Assembly: GCA_002269645.1 (NCBI GenBank)
Contig: NIVC01003472.1
Location: forward strand, 32,223 to 96,222
Length of the DNA stretch: 64,000 nucleotides
Direction: 5' to 3'
Source of the DNA: Macrostomum lignano
Taxonomy: Eukaryota
Positions 23,874 through 35,751 of this stretch are shown here, one piece after another. Numbering within the stretch: position 1 is the stretch's first letter; each line of letters begins with the position of its first letter. Under the pieces are notes generated by a model. The model was not told where the DNA came from. It worked only from the letters and a program-made list of their open reading frames with translations, and did not search any database. The translations under genes and the position numbers were made by a program.

Positions 23874-26800
23874 TTAGAAGATTTTAAATTGTCCATCATC
23901 CAGCTCTCGCTGATCTTCGGACCAGTTTGATCCACTTGATTCGGTTTCGTCATCAGATTCGAGAGAGCAGTCAGTGCGGTAGTTGGTTTTTGACTTTGCT
24001 GAACGGGGGCGATGGTTGTTCCGCTTTCGAGGCTGAGAATCCAACTGAATACTCGCTCGCTTTCTGGATTGGGAGCTCGGCTTTGCTGTCGCCGCTGGCG
24101 GCACTTCTCCCGCTGATAGTCGCGATGGTGTCTGTGACATTGGAAAGAAAACAAAAAATTACTGCATGCACATTTTATCTTACTGATAGTAGTATTTAAT
24201 GCTTAGCAATCATAGTATTCATCGTTCATTATTCAGTTTAGATACGTTTTTACTCACTAGGGAAAAAGAAGATGAATGGCTGTGTCTTTGCACGGCGCTG
24301 CCAGAAGCGGGACTTTGAGTCGCTGCCACCAAAGACCGTCTTTGCACGGCGCTGCCAGAAGCGGGACTTTGAGTCGCTGCCACCAGAGATCGTCTTTGCA
24401 CAGCGCTGCCAGAAGCGGGACTTTGAGTCGCTGCCACCAAAGACCGTCTTTGCACGGCGCTGCCAGAAGCGGGCTTGGAGTCGCTGCCACCAGAGACTGT
24501 CTTTGTACGGCGCTGCCAGAAGCGGGGCTTGGAGTCGCTGCCACCAGAGACTGTCTTTGTACGGCGCTGCCAGAAGCGGGGCTTGGAGTCGCTGCCACCA
24601 GAGACTGTCTTTGTACGGCGCTGCCAGAAGCGGGACTTTGAGTCGCTGCCACCAGAGACTGTCTTTGTACGGCGCTGCCAGAAGCGGGGCTTGGAGTCGC
24701 TGCCACCAGAGACTGTCTTTGTACGGCGCTGCCAGAAGCGGGGCTTGGAGTCGCTGCCACCAGAGACTGTCTTTGTACGGCGCTGCCAGAAGCGGGGCTT
24801 GGAGTCGCTGCCACCAGAGACTGTCTTTGTACGGCGCTGCCAGAAGCGGGACTTTGAGTCGCTGCCACCAGAGACTGTCTTTGTACGGCGCTGCCAGAAG
24901 CGGGGCTTGGAGTCGCTGCCACCAGAGACTGTCTTTGTACGGCGCTGTCAGAAGCGGGGCTTTGAGTCTGGACTCCGGAAAGCAGCTGGCTTCCTGTGCG
25001 ATGCGACCGCCCCTTTAATCGGTCACCGCCATGCTTTAGCTGCTGTCTGCAAGTATTTCTTACAGATTGTTCAGAGGGCCTGCCGGCTTCAGCGGTCGCG
25101 CCATAGATGAATGTGATTGCTTCTGTTAGGAAAAAAGTTGAAAGTTACTATGAATAGCATGCACTGTGCTCGACTAATTTCTTGATATTTAGCTCTAAAA
25201 GTCTCATTGAACGTTGATTAAGTAGACTTACTTTGGAAATGGCTGAGCAGAGTGCTCTGAAATCCAAGCTGCGCATCAGTAAGGTTGGTCGCAACTCCAG
25301 CAGCAACAGCTCGGCTTCGCATGTCTGACCCGATTAAATTAATAACCGCCTGCATCTCTTTCGACAAGCTCTCGTTAAGCATTGCCATTAAAGCATCGGA
25401 CCACTTGTCTCGCTTGCATGAACGTAGCAGGCTCTTCTGTTTAGATTTTTACAGGTGAGAATACTTATAGATTATTATTTCAGTGATAGTACTAGTGCGC
25501 TTTGAGTAGTAGTTAGAGCATTTCTTCTAATGAAAAGAAAATAAAAAACTCTGTCATGAACTTACCAAAGTAGAAATATGTTCATTTGGACTGGAAGCGA
25601 ATTGCACATATTTTTCCCAGGAGTTGATCGGCCAGAATGAAGGCTCAGAATTATCAGTTGGAATGTCAGCGCCAACAGGTTCCAAAAAGCGTAGCACGCT
25701 CTGCACTTCAGTGCGCATTGCGGTGATTTGTTTGGTCAAACTATTTTCTAATGCTTTCAATTCATTCTTGCGCATAGTAAGTTCGCGTAGGGCATATAAG
25801 GACAGAAACTTGATGCCTCTTGGACTTTCCAGCTCAAAGCTAACACCGGCTTGGATCTGCTCTTCTAGTTTTCTAAGAAAGCCAGAACCAAAATTAAAAG
25901 ATGAAATGGTGGGAGGCGACTTAGGAATCGTCGATCGATCATCTGCTACGAACTCAGCTTCTATTTCAGCTTCCGCCTCAGCTTCCACCTCAGCTCCCAT
26001 CTCAGCTTCCACCTCAGCTTCCGCCTCAGCTTCCGCCTCAGCTCCCATCTCAGCTTCCACCTCAGCTCCGATCTCAGCTTCCACCTCATCTTCCGCTTCA
26101 GCTTCCGCCTCAGCTTCCACTTCAGCTTCCGCCTCAGCTTCCACTTCAGCTTCCGCCTCAGCTTCCGCCTCAGCTTCCATATCGGCGTCTACGCCAGCTT
26201 CTGCTTCATCATCACTAATAGGAGGCATTGGCGCTAACTGTGCAATCGTAGGCGGATGTTGTTTAGGCAGCAAAGCTGGAGGTTGCAAACAGCGGCTGCT
26301 CTTATCTTCGAAGATTGCCTCGGAATCGGTGGCTGAGCCGTCTGACAGATTCTGTTTGGGATGGTTACGGCATGAGAAATTATCAAGTTAATGTCAGTTT
26401 TAAAGATTATTTTCACATTTAATTTCTTCCCTTTTCTTAAAAAATAGTTTAAAAGGTAAAACGGAGAAAACAAAGTTCTCGATAAAAATTATATGGGCTG
26501 TGCTTAATTTTACCTTAGTCTGGTAATGCCTTCGTGCTTTCTTCATGTCACGCTCCTGAAAGACTCTGGGTTGAACCAACTCGAGAATTCGGTTCAGTCG
26601 GGTCTTTTTGGCCACCAATTCACGCACAAAGCGGAAGCTCCCAGGCTCTAGGTTGTTGCTTAGTATTACCTTTAAATTAATGAGAAAATATGAGCGTACA
26701 AATATTAGATCGATTCAAGAATTTTAACATTTCAATCGTTGGGATCGGTTGCTTACCTGAATAATTAGAGCAGAGTAAAAACAGCCTTCATACAAGGCTT

Positions 26801-26942
26801 CACACTTCCACTTCTCAGTGGAGTCCCTCTTTTCTAACCATTCCTCTTCCTTAAGGTTTTGAAAGCCTTCAGGAAGCTTCACTTCGCTTTCCGAGACCTC
26901 AACAATTTGACGGTCGTCTTTAAAGATCACTAAAAACTTCAT
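23874..26942 (-). CDS. Transposon accessory gene (ORF2, DUF4806/BEN-like helical domain), 6 exons, ~820 aa, one 1-nt frameshift
   Basis: Exons 26942-26757, 26669-26514, 26351-25566, 25436-25232, 25122-24258, 24131-23874 with GT-AG sites in consistent phase. Contains an AE-rich tract, an 18-aa repeat and the motif [10 protein letters not shown]. One G is missing in a repeat unit near 24470. Confidence 0.65.
24285..24970. repeat. 54-bp coding tandem repeat (~13 copies) within ORF2 exon 5
   Basis: Unit cgctgccagaagcggggcttggagtcgctgccaccagagactgtctttgtacgg, read on the minus strand as [18 protein letters not shown]. Confidence 0.95.
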
Positions 26943-27306
26943 TGTAGCATGCAGACTAGACTATGCTAGTGCAAAACTGAGTACCAAATAAAGCAAGAGT
27001 TTGGAGCTCACACTATAGTTTATGCTTATTTAATGATTCAGTGGTTTAGGTTGCTTCTAGAAGCAATTGTCTTCTATAGTTCTTCGAATGAAAAAGGCCG
27101 CCCTGGCTTTTCCAATTTCATTGGCCCTACCGTCCCCGCATCCATACCTGTCCAATCAGCGCGCACAAACCCCCAAAGGAATAGTTTTCAATTCTTCCCA
27201 GCTTTTGTTCATATCCTTTCTTTAATACGAAATAAGCAATCGTAGTAATTACTTTATTATTATTACAACAGTCAACTATCATCAAAGTCTGATTCGGACG
27301 AAAACA

Positions 27307-29334
27307 ATGACAAGGCAATTGAGGCGACAAGCAAATAAGGATTTGCTGGGCTTGTTCATGGAAGGAGAACAAGAAGCTTTGGAAGACATCGCACTGCAAG
27401 AGAAAAAAAGAAAAGTATTCGAAGCAGATGATTCTGGGAGAGTCGCCGGTTTCATCGCTTCGGAGTCCTCTGTAGCAGAAGTCAATGAAGGTACGGATCC
27501 AGATCTTGACAACGACAATGGCAGCTATCCTGATTTTGACGAGTTCGCGCGAGTTTGCAGCGATGAAGATGAGGAGATTGACAAGAAAGAGGATGACCGC
27601 TCTTTAGAAGATAAAATATTCGCCTTGCTGGTAGTCTACTTTTCTTGTTTCAACCTAAGTCGTGGATCTAAAAAATTCCTTGTTGATGGTCTAAGAGACA
27701 TAGGCTTGCCTGCGCCGAAGTCTGTCAACTCTATTGAGGCCGTCATCAATGCTGGCGATCCAACGGAAAAATTGGAGCCCATGGGAAAAGGCCATTTTCG
27801 CTACATTTCGATTCTGAAAAATCTAGAACTAATGTTTCGCAAAAACCAGCTGCACATGAAGCCAGAATATCTACAACACGATAGTGAAACTGAGAAGGTT
27901 TACAAAATTGAAGCCATCGTTAATTTTGACGGCTTGCCTTTGTACCGAGCAAGCCACTTCGGTCTTTGGCCCATACTTATGTCTATTCCCAGCATATTCA
28001 GCAGACCTTTTCCAGTAGCCGTATGGGCTGGTTGTGGCAAGCCACCTCTGAATGATTATCTTCGACAATTTTGCGACGAGGCTAAACGTTTTCTTACGGG
28101 TCCAATAAAAATTATCGAAAATTTAAGCATCAGCTTCTCGACTATCCGATTTGTTTGCGATGCGCCTGCTCGAGCCTGGGTCTCAGTAACTCAAGGGCAC
28201 ATGTCGTACGTCGGTTGCATGTACTGCAGGGCTACTGGACCTTATACCGACAACAGAGTAACATTTTCAACGAGCGTCGGGGAGTCTCGTAGCAGCCAAC
28301 AATACCGAGAGGGAAAGGAGTCTAACCAGGAAAATAAAAAAATCGCTCTATCGCCCCTTCTAAATTTGCCTAACATTAGTTTTGTCGATGCTTTTCCCCC
28401 TGACTACCAGCATGCCGTATGCCTTGGAGTCACAAGGAAGCTATTTTACCTATTTTTCGACAAATCTAATGGCAAGAAGTGTCTCGTCTATCCCGGTCCG
28501 ATGAGCCTATTGGGCGACCGAATTACTATGGCTGCCGGTTGGACACCTTCAAACTTTCAACGAAGACCCCGGAAAATCGACTTGGAACTGAAGCACATGA
28601 AGGCTACTGAATTCAGACAGTACTTGCTGTACCTAGGACCTGTCCTCTTCAAAGGCATTTTAAATGAAGAAAGGTATAACCACTTTCTTTACCTCCATTT
28701 CGCCATTTACGCATACTCCAACGAAAGGTACTCCAAGTGGTGGACGCAGGCAAAAACTTGCATTGAAGTTTTTGTTGAACGGGCTGCCCACCTTTACGGC
28801 CAGAAGTTTATAAGTTTCAATCTTCACACTATTCTTCATTTGGATGAGTTTGTCCGAAAGCTAGGCAGTTTAAACAACTTTTCGACTTTCCCTTTCGAAA
28901 ACTTTCTTGGATCTGTAAAGCGCCGCGTAAAGGTGACAAGGCACATGGCAGCGCATTCAGTTAAGCAGGTGCTCAGAGTTCGCGATCTTCTGTTGAATGA
29001 GCAGCGAATTCCACCGTTGAAATTCAGCACAAAGCGAGGTGATAATTGTTGCATAATCGACAAAGTATGCGTCCTAATCGAAGCTGTAAGTGAAGCTAAT
29101 CAAGTCACTGGCAGGATTTTACACCCAGTTGACAACATCTACGCCAACCCATATCCATCTTTGCGTCTGGGAATCGGCTTGTACAGGATGACATCTGGTG
29201 TTCTAACTGGCACACCTGAGCGAAAGTGCTGGATTTTGCCTGCGAATCTGCTTGCCAATCTTGCTGGAGCGGACAGGGATCCAGCAAGCCATTTTTTTGT
29301 CATTCCTCTGACAGGTGACTCCGAGGAGGCCTGA
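27307..29334 (+). CDS. EnSpm/CACTA-family DDE transposase, apparently intact (675 aa)
   Basis: NFDGLPLY..LWPI (D), FVCDAPARA (D), GH...GCMYC, PPDYQHAVCLG, HMKATEFRQYLLY, FNLHTILHL, STFPFENFLG (E). Confidence 0.92.
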   Translation: MTRQLRRQANKDLLGLFMEGEQEALEDIALQEKKRKVFEADDSGRVAGFIASESSVAEVNEGTDPDLDNDNGSYPDFDEFARVCSDEDEEIDKKEDDRSLEDKIFALLVVYFSCFNLSRGSKKFLVDGLRDIGLPAPKSVNSIEAVINAGDPTEKLEPMGKGHFRYISILKNLELMFRKNQLHMKPEYLQHDSETEKVYKIEAIVNFDGLPLYRASHFGLWPILMSIPSIFSRPFPVAVWAGCGKPPLNDYLRQFCDEAKRFLTGPIKIIENLSISFSTIRFVCDAPARAWVSVTQGHMSYVGCMYCRATGPYTDNRVTFSTSVGESRSSQQYREGKESNQENKKIALSPLLNLPNISFVDAFPPDYQHAVCLGVTRKLFYLFFDKSNGKKCLVYPGPMSLLGDRITMAAGWTPSNFQRRPRKIDLELKHMKATEFRQYLLYLGPVLFKGILNEERYNHFLYLHFAIYAYSNERYSKWWTQAKTCIEVFVERAAHLYGQKFISFNLHTILHLDEFVRKLGSLNNFSTFPFENFLGSVKRRVKVTRHMAAHSVKQVLRVRDLLLNEQRIPPLKFSTKRGDNCCIIDKVCVLIEAVSEANQVTGRILHPVDNIYANPYPSLRLGIGLYRMTSGVLTGTPERKCWILPANLLANLAGADRDPASHFFVIPLTGDSEEA

Positions 29335-30108
29335 TGTAGGACGCGTGAGTCGCAAGTGAGTACTAAAAATATCTTTCTCTGGTTTTTTATATCAATCCGA
29401 TTTCCTTCTATCTCGATTCTCGTATTCCCTGTATTCTGCAATTCTGCAATTTCTTCCTGTATATGTTCTCAGCTTCAACACGCAGACATGATTGTAGATT
29501 GTGAGTTAAATATTAGTATATTACGATGCATACTCGATCGCAACTGCCATTTTATCTTTACTTTTAGGATCCGCAGTTTCACGAGTTTACTACAAGCCTG
29601 GCGATCGGTCATTCATGAACTGGAGTTATTTTAGAGACTGATTATATTGATTCTATCTTTATTGTTTACATTCTTGAACCCTAGAATTAGGTACAGCTTA
29701 AAATTCGGTGTTATAGAGGCCGGAGGGGTAATTTAGCTCAAAACTGTGTAGGAGGGGTGGAGGGGCCGGAAACTTAGTGGGAGGTGATGCCGCTGTATGT
29801 GGCTGAAATGGGGGATTTATTTTCTTAAACCCCAGTATACGAGTATGAAATACTAATGGTATTGTATACAGTATTCCTACCTCCAATTCAAGCCAACAGA
29901 ATTTTTGTAATATTTTACTTATCCCATTGATAATAATCAACTAGCTGCACAACTGTAATTTCCATCTGTTACCATCTGGTTTTACTTTTAAGCACATATA
30001 AAATGCTATGAATATTTTCTTTCTTTTGCTGGCACCTATTTTAGGTCAGATCGAATCAATACTTTCCGTATCAAAGTATTTATGTGTTTATGCTAGGTTG
30101 TAACTTAT

Positions 30109-30111
<3 letters not shown>

Positions 30112-30152
<41 letters not shown>
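30112..30152. repeat. (TA)n microsatellite
   Basis: About 20 TA units. Confidence 0.95.
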
Positions 30153-30155
<3 letters not shown>

Positions 30156-31037
30156 CAGACCTTGTCAAGCCTCGCACGAAATTCGTCTTTGTTCTTCCTT
30201 TATCTTTGGTGCAATATGGGAATAGAAAAAACTTGATGACCTGCACTGATAAGGAGTCAGGACAGTTTGTTTGTTTCGCATAGGTTCGCTTAAGCAGGCA
30301 AGAACGGTACAACGTAGAAATTCCCATATCACTTCTCTAGCCTTTCTTCTAACCCCCCCCCCACCCAACTGAAATGAATTGGCCAAAATTAGCTGTCACC
30401 TCTAGGTTAAAATAATTCCTTGCATTGCCCTGTCATTACGGGTTATTGCCACTGGCCAGGAAATTCAAAACATTTTTCTAAGAGCAACTCAAAATGAGTA
30501 AGCTTTATACAGGCTATAATTGATGAGAGATTTCTGTTAATGAGAGATAAAGCCCACACGGGTTTTATTGATGTCGGGTTGTAAAAGACGATCGCAAATA
30601 GAGAACAATATAGCGAGAATATTCAAGCTGGCGGACGTGCGCCGAGCTATAATTTTCTGTTAACTCGGGGATTCAGTAAGACTAGAATAATTGAGTGGCA
30701 AAAACTGTCATGAGAACGCAAAGGCACTTTGAAACCTTTATGATTCAGTGGATTTATTCATCCGGAAAAATGACAAGGCGGGGGTTAGATTGTTATTTAT
30801 TCATGACCTGTCCCATTTGAGCTCTGACCGCCTCTGAATATGAAAACTGAGAAAATATCTATGTCTATGTATCCCTCCTTATCAAAATGTGACTGAGTGA
30901 CTGTGCCCTACTCGTAATCGGGGAGATAAATGAAGGGGAGACAGGGGAGACAGTCTCCTATCTCCAATCTCCCATGTCTCTTATTTGCCATTATGCAGTT
31001 AACTGGGCCCGTCATGCATAGCCTACTGCAGGCTGCA

Positions 31038-31140
31038 GGGGTCAGCAAACTCCAGCCCACGGGCCACATGCGGCCCGCAGTCTCTCTATCCAGCCCTCGG
31101 GTCCTTTCTAACTTCCCATGCCAATAACAATCCAGCCCGC
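31038..31140 (+). mobile_element. hAT-Charlie-like terminal fragment
   Basis: caggggtcagcaaactccagcccacgggccacatgcggcccgc resembles the Charlie/MER58-type left end. Confidence 0.55.
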
Positions 31141-31237
31141 TCAAGGTTTGCATCTCTTCTCAGCTTTTTTGCTAATTTCTTCTCCTTTTCTCATCAAAAT
31201 CTCCCCTCTCTCCTCCTTTCCCCTCTTTCCTTGCTCC

Positions 31238-31425
31238 CAGTGGCGCAACCAGGGGGGGGGCGGGGGGGGGCGGTCCCCCCCCTTAGGCGGAGACCCAGAA
31301 AAAATTGAAGGGGGGACCAAGCGAATTTTCGCCAAAAACAGAGCCTCCCCTCCGCCCCCTCCCTCACGGGACTTTACCTTCCAGAATCCGCCCCCCCCCT
31401 CAAAAAATTTCTGGTTGCCCTACTG
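31238..31425. mobile_element. hAT-type MITE (188 bp) with 8-bp TSD
   Basis: TIRs cagtggcgcaaccag / ctggttgccctactg; identical flanking 8-mer cttgctcc on both sides. A truncated inverted relative lies at 31763-31880. Confidence 0.85.
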
Positions 31426-32309
31426 CTTGCTCCCTTCCTCTGACATCTCTCCTTTCGCCTCTCTCCTCTCTCCCTTTATCTCCCTTCTTTCTCTCATCTC
31501 GCCTCTCTCCTCTCTTCCCTCCTCTCACATCTCACATCTCTCCCCTCTCCCCTCCACTCTCCTCCTTCTGGCCCGCAGTCTTGAGCTAGATTCTCTATCT
31601 GGCACTTAAAGTAAAATAGTTAGCCAATCCCTCGCAAGGAATTTCGATCATTACAATGAGCAAAAGTTGACATTAACAAAATTTTGGCGGGCGCGTTGTG
31701 CCAAGCCTGAACAGCTTCTCTAGACAGCACTCTGTGCTCTCCAGAATTACTTGAACTGTTAGCAGTGGCGCAAGCAGAATTTCTTATGTGGGGGGGGGGG
31801 GCGGATTCTGAAGGGTAAAGACCCAAGGGGGGCGGAGGGGTGGCTCTGTATTTTGGCAAAAATGCGCTTGGTCCCCCTTTAATACAGCTTGGCAAACCTG
31901 ATTGATTTTCCGGGATTTCCCCTGTCCTAGTTGTATTTCTCTAAAATTCTGGAAGATAAATCGAGATTCTAGATAATAGCTGCATCTAAGATTAGTTTGT
32001 TTTGCTATCGCATTGTACCGTACAATTAATTATTGAAAATTTTAAACCTTTGCTGGCATACGCATATGTTATCTTTGACCTTACCTGTTGTTTAATAGGT
32101 AAATTATTACTGTATGGAGGTACATGTAGATATAGGCATTTTGACTGTCAACTGTCCACCCCATACAAGCATACGGCTTTCAAATAATTATGCAACCTTG
32201 TGCAAGGGTATGCCGCCTACTTACATGTAAAACTTTGAAATGAGTATTTATTTACGCCACTATCCAAGGGGGGGGGGCGCGGCCGCGGGAGACCGACAGC
32301 GGAGACCGC

Positions 32310-32660
32310 CACAATTTGCCCGCCAGACAATTTGCCCGCCAGACAATTTGCCCGCCAGACAATTTGCCCGCCAGAAAATTTGCCCGCCAGACAATTTGCC
32401 CGCCAGACAATTTGCCCGCCAGACAATTTGCCCGCCAGACAATTTGCCCGCCAGACAATTTGCCCGCCAGACAATTTGCCCGCCAGACAATTTGCCCGCC
32501 AGACAATTTGCCCGCCAGACAATTTGCCCGCCAGACAATTTGCCCGCCAGACAATTTGCCCGCCAGACAATTTGCCCGCCAGACAATTTGCCCGCCAGAC
32601 AATTTGCCCGCCAGACAATTTGCCCGCCAGACAATTTGCCCGCCAGACAATTTGCCCGCC
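32310..32660. repeat. 16-bp minisatellite, ~22 near-identical copies
   Basis: Unit gacaatttgcccgcca; the flank ccctatttcaccttgaata recurs with degenerate units at 39810-39895. Confidence 0.95.
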
Positions 32661-33674
32661 GCCCTATTTCACCTTGAATAGAACGGCGATCAAATTGTGG
32701 CGGTCAAATGTACTCGTAGATGTAGTAGACCCGGCGGCCGCCCCCTTTGCCATGGCTGGACTTGCATATAAGGGGGGTAAATTTTGAGCTTACTTTGGCT
32801 TTTTAGACCAAAACAAAAATTTGGGCAAATCTGCCCCCACTACTTTAAAAATCCTGAATTGACCACCAAATCGGACTCATCTAAATGAAAACTTAAGAAT
32901 ACAAGCAACATTGTACATGCGCTAGTGCTTAAGTAGTGGAGTATTAAAAAATATATTTTTTGTTGCGTTGATTTCGAAGATCAAAAGGTATTACTTATAA
33001 GTAGGTAGGCTAAAACGCACACTTTTGCGTTCACATCCAATTTCTGAAGTGTATGAAACTCAGAAAAATTTGCACGAGTCGCCTATACCCCACTTTGGAG
33101 CTTGCAGCAATTTTTCAAAGAGATGGCTGCTCAAAGGGTTAAAAGTTCAAGTTAGCTGTAGTATGAGGATTGGTCAATGCAAATAAATAATGAGCTCATT
33201 ATACAAGAAAATAATTAATAAGGATATCAATAGTTCGCCCCACTGTCCACTGCACGTACTGAAAGGCGTACTGTCAGGTTCGAGCACAAAAACACCCGAA
33301 ACTAAAAAAATCAACTTTAAAAATTCTGCTCTTTACATAATTTCCTCACAAAAATATTTCATACGTACAAAGAAGAAAACCTACAAACTTTTATCTTGCG
33401 GGATGGGGCGTACCCTTGAGGGCCGCCGGGGCGCCGGCCTAGAGGGTACGCCCCAATTTTTCTAACCACTGGGTAATACAAATATACTGGAGAGGTTCTT
33501 GTATAGCTCACTAACTCCTATACTGCAACTGAATTACTATATACAACTGCAATACTAAGGTATATATTTGTTTCATAAACCTAGCTAATCTGAGTCGAGT
33601 CTTTGTAGCATTATGTCTTGAAGAGCAACTTTGGGCAACGCCCTCCCACATCCTTACTGGCCGGCGGCGACTTT

Positions 33675-33930
33675 AACAGGCAGGCAGGTGCACTTTAAGC
33701 GACATTGTCGCACAACCGGCGAGAGGCATTACGCTCGTACAGCGGCCCTAACTTTATTTATCGTTAGGCATGTACACTTCACTGTGCCTTGGGGGTTGCC
33801 CTCAAGCTGGACGTTAATTGCATGTGCAGAGCCAAGCCGAGATTCCAATTTAGCCCCAAATTAATGTGACTGCACTTGGAATCGAGCCTAGGCCGCTGGA
33901 ACATCAGAGCACCGCTCTAGACCAGTAGGC
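33675..33930 (-). mobile_element. tRNA-derived SINE, family B copy 2 (internally deleted)
   Basis: Minus-strand head tagcctactgg (A box) ... ggctcgattcc (B box); body matches 1275-1530 with ~80 bp missing. Confidence 0.75.
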
Positions 33931-35751
33931 TACGGAGTCCGGACTCTATAGATGTGAGATTTAGGTCTTGAGAAAGCCCCCCCCCCCTAATTCCTGATCT
34001 TGCACACGCTGGCTGACACAGGGTGAACAGTGGCTCATACTTTCTCACGCATGTACACACTCTCTTTACCGTGTCGCCATCATACACCCCAAAAGTCACC
34101 GCTCCGAAAGCACGACTTATCATAAACCCGAAAAATCATAACTCCGAAAGTTCTAGCAGTGTCCATGCATGCTATCTGATTTTTGAAGGCATGATATTTC
34201 GGGTTTGTGATGCCCCCTCTGTACCTTGGGGTTTGCTCTTACAGATGCATGTTTTATTATCAAATTTTACAAAATTCTACAGTATTAAATCTTCGGACTT
34301 AGTCTACTATAGTCAAACATACTACTCACTTTTATAAAAAAACTAGTAGCCAAATTAGTGCAAATGAGTAGCGTATAATACTCCCGGCCTTCGTCTCTCT
34401 CATCTCATCTCCCTTCTCTCATCTCCCTTATCTTCTCTCTCTTCTCCTCTCTTCTCCTCTATTCCATCTCCTCTCGCTCGCAGCCATGGCTCGCTAGATT
34501 CCCTATTTGGCCTTTGAAGTAAAAATGTTACGAACCTCTGCATTAGGGAATTGTTTCTTAGTACAATCAAAAAGAACTGTTTCTTTTGAATCCCACACGG
34601 CACTGAATCTAAGACTTCTTCGTGCGTGACAATTCTTTTCGTATGGAAAGCAGGAAAAGCTCTAGCCGACTTTGTCCAGCAATCAAAGCTTCACCATCTG
34701 CTGCCAAAACAAAACAAAGCCGATCTCCAAATTCTAGAGGTCAACAGTCTTTATATAGGAAGCGGTAAACTTTGATTGACAGCAGCAAATGCTGATTTTC
34801 TCAGCACTTCTTTGAGAAAAAAGAATAACCGGTCTTTTTTTCTTGCCGATGAATAAATTGGTTAGCGACAGAAAAGAAATCGACGATTTAAACTGGAATC
34901 AGGATCCAGTCTGTGCTTTTGATAAGTAAGAACGTCCTCAAATCGAATTGCAGATTAGGTAACTTCCCACTGACTTTTTGCACAAAGTCTATAAGGCAAG
35001 CCAGCTATAGCTGAAAGCTCCATATGTCAGTCAGAGCATTGAGTGAGCGGCAGTGCAGGCTGGAGTGGCGAACTGAGGAGGGGGAGCAGTGGGGGGAGAG
35101 AGAAATGACAGCATGCAGTACCCATAGTGTACGTGTACGCTCTTTCATTGCCCAATGGCATGTCCTGGCAAGCTGCATGGAGAGAGATTTTTCTGTATAG
35201 CAGCAAAGTGACTCTGTGTGTCTGTATGGGACACCACTGCGTCTTGGCCCACCAGCTTGCCCTAGGTATAAATCTTTACATATAGCCACCTACAGATACA
35301 TATATTGAATGCACAGCGCAATTCAAAGAAATTTATTCCAGAATTGTCTTAGATAATACGAACGTATTCTTCACACGTGAGTCTCTAGCCCACCGATTAG
35401 ATTACACCAACGAGAAGTCTGTAAAGTTAATTATCTAAGCAAAAAGGATTACCGAAAGAGGTCCGAAAAGTCGACCGAAAGAGAGTATTACCAGTCAGTC
35501 AAAGTGAAGCTAATTTTGGAGCACTTCTTTTGCTAGCTTTTTCTTGCGAACTCAAAGAGGCCCCTGCAGAGGCACTTCACTGCCAACGCTGGAGTGTCCT
35601 CTGCTAGCATATAAAGTCAGTAAGTAGGTTATTTTAGATCCTTGGTGATTAACTCCATCAGCTTCTGAAGTCAAAGCTTCGTCTCCATTCGCTAGATATT
35701 GCATTAGGTTGCTCAGAGCACACTTTGTTAATCCTCTTATATAACGCAACG

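Larger units (their letters stand above)
23295..33473. mobile_element. EnSpm/CACTA (CMC)-type DNA transposon, putative full extent
   Basis: ta|CCCAGTGG at 23295 and CCACTGGG|ta at 33473; both ends carry ggtacgccc and ggggcgccggcct subterminal motifs; encloses the transposase and accessory gene. Boundaries are inferred from only 8-bp TIRs. Confidence 0.5.

Noticed and set aside
24272-25110. Plus-strand ORFs over the 54-bp repeat
   Set aside because: Splice sites and the flanking conserved motif support only the minus-strand frame.
32217-32787. Six overlapping repetitive ORFs
   Set aside because: Artefact of a 16-bp tandem unit that lacks stop codons.
35552-35749. Divergent gene head-to-head with HYKK
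   Set aside because: Short ORF with no recognisable homology or convincing exon chain.
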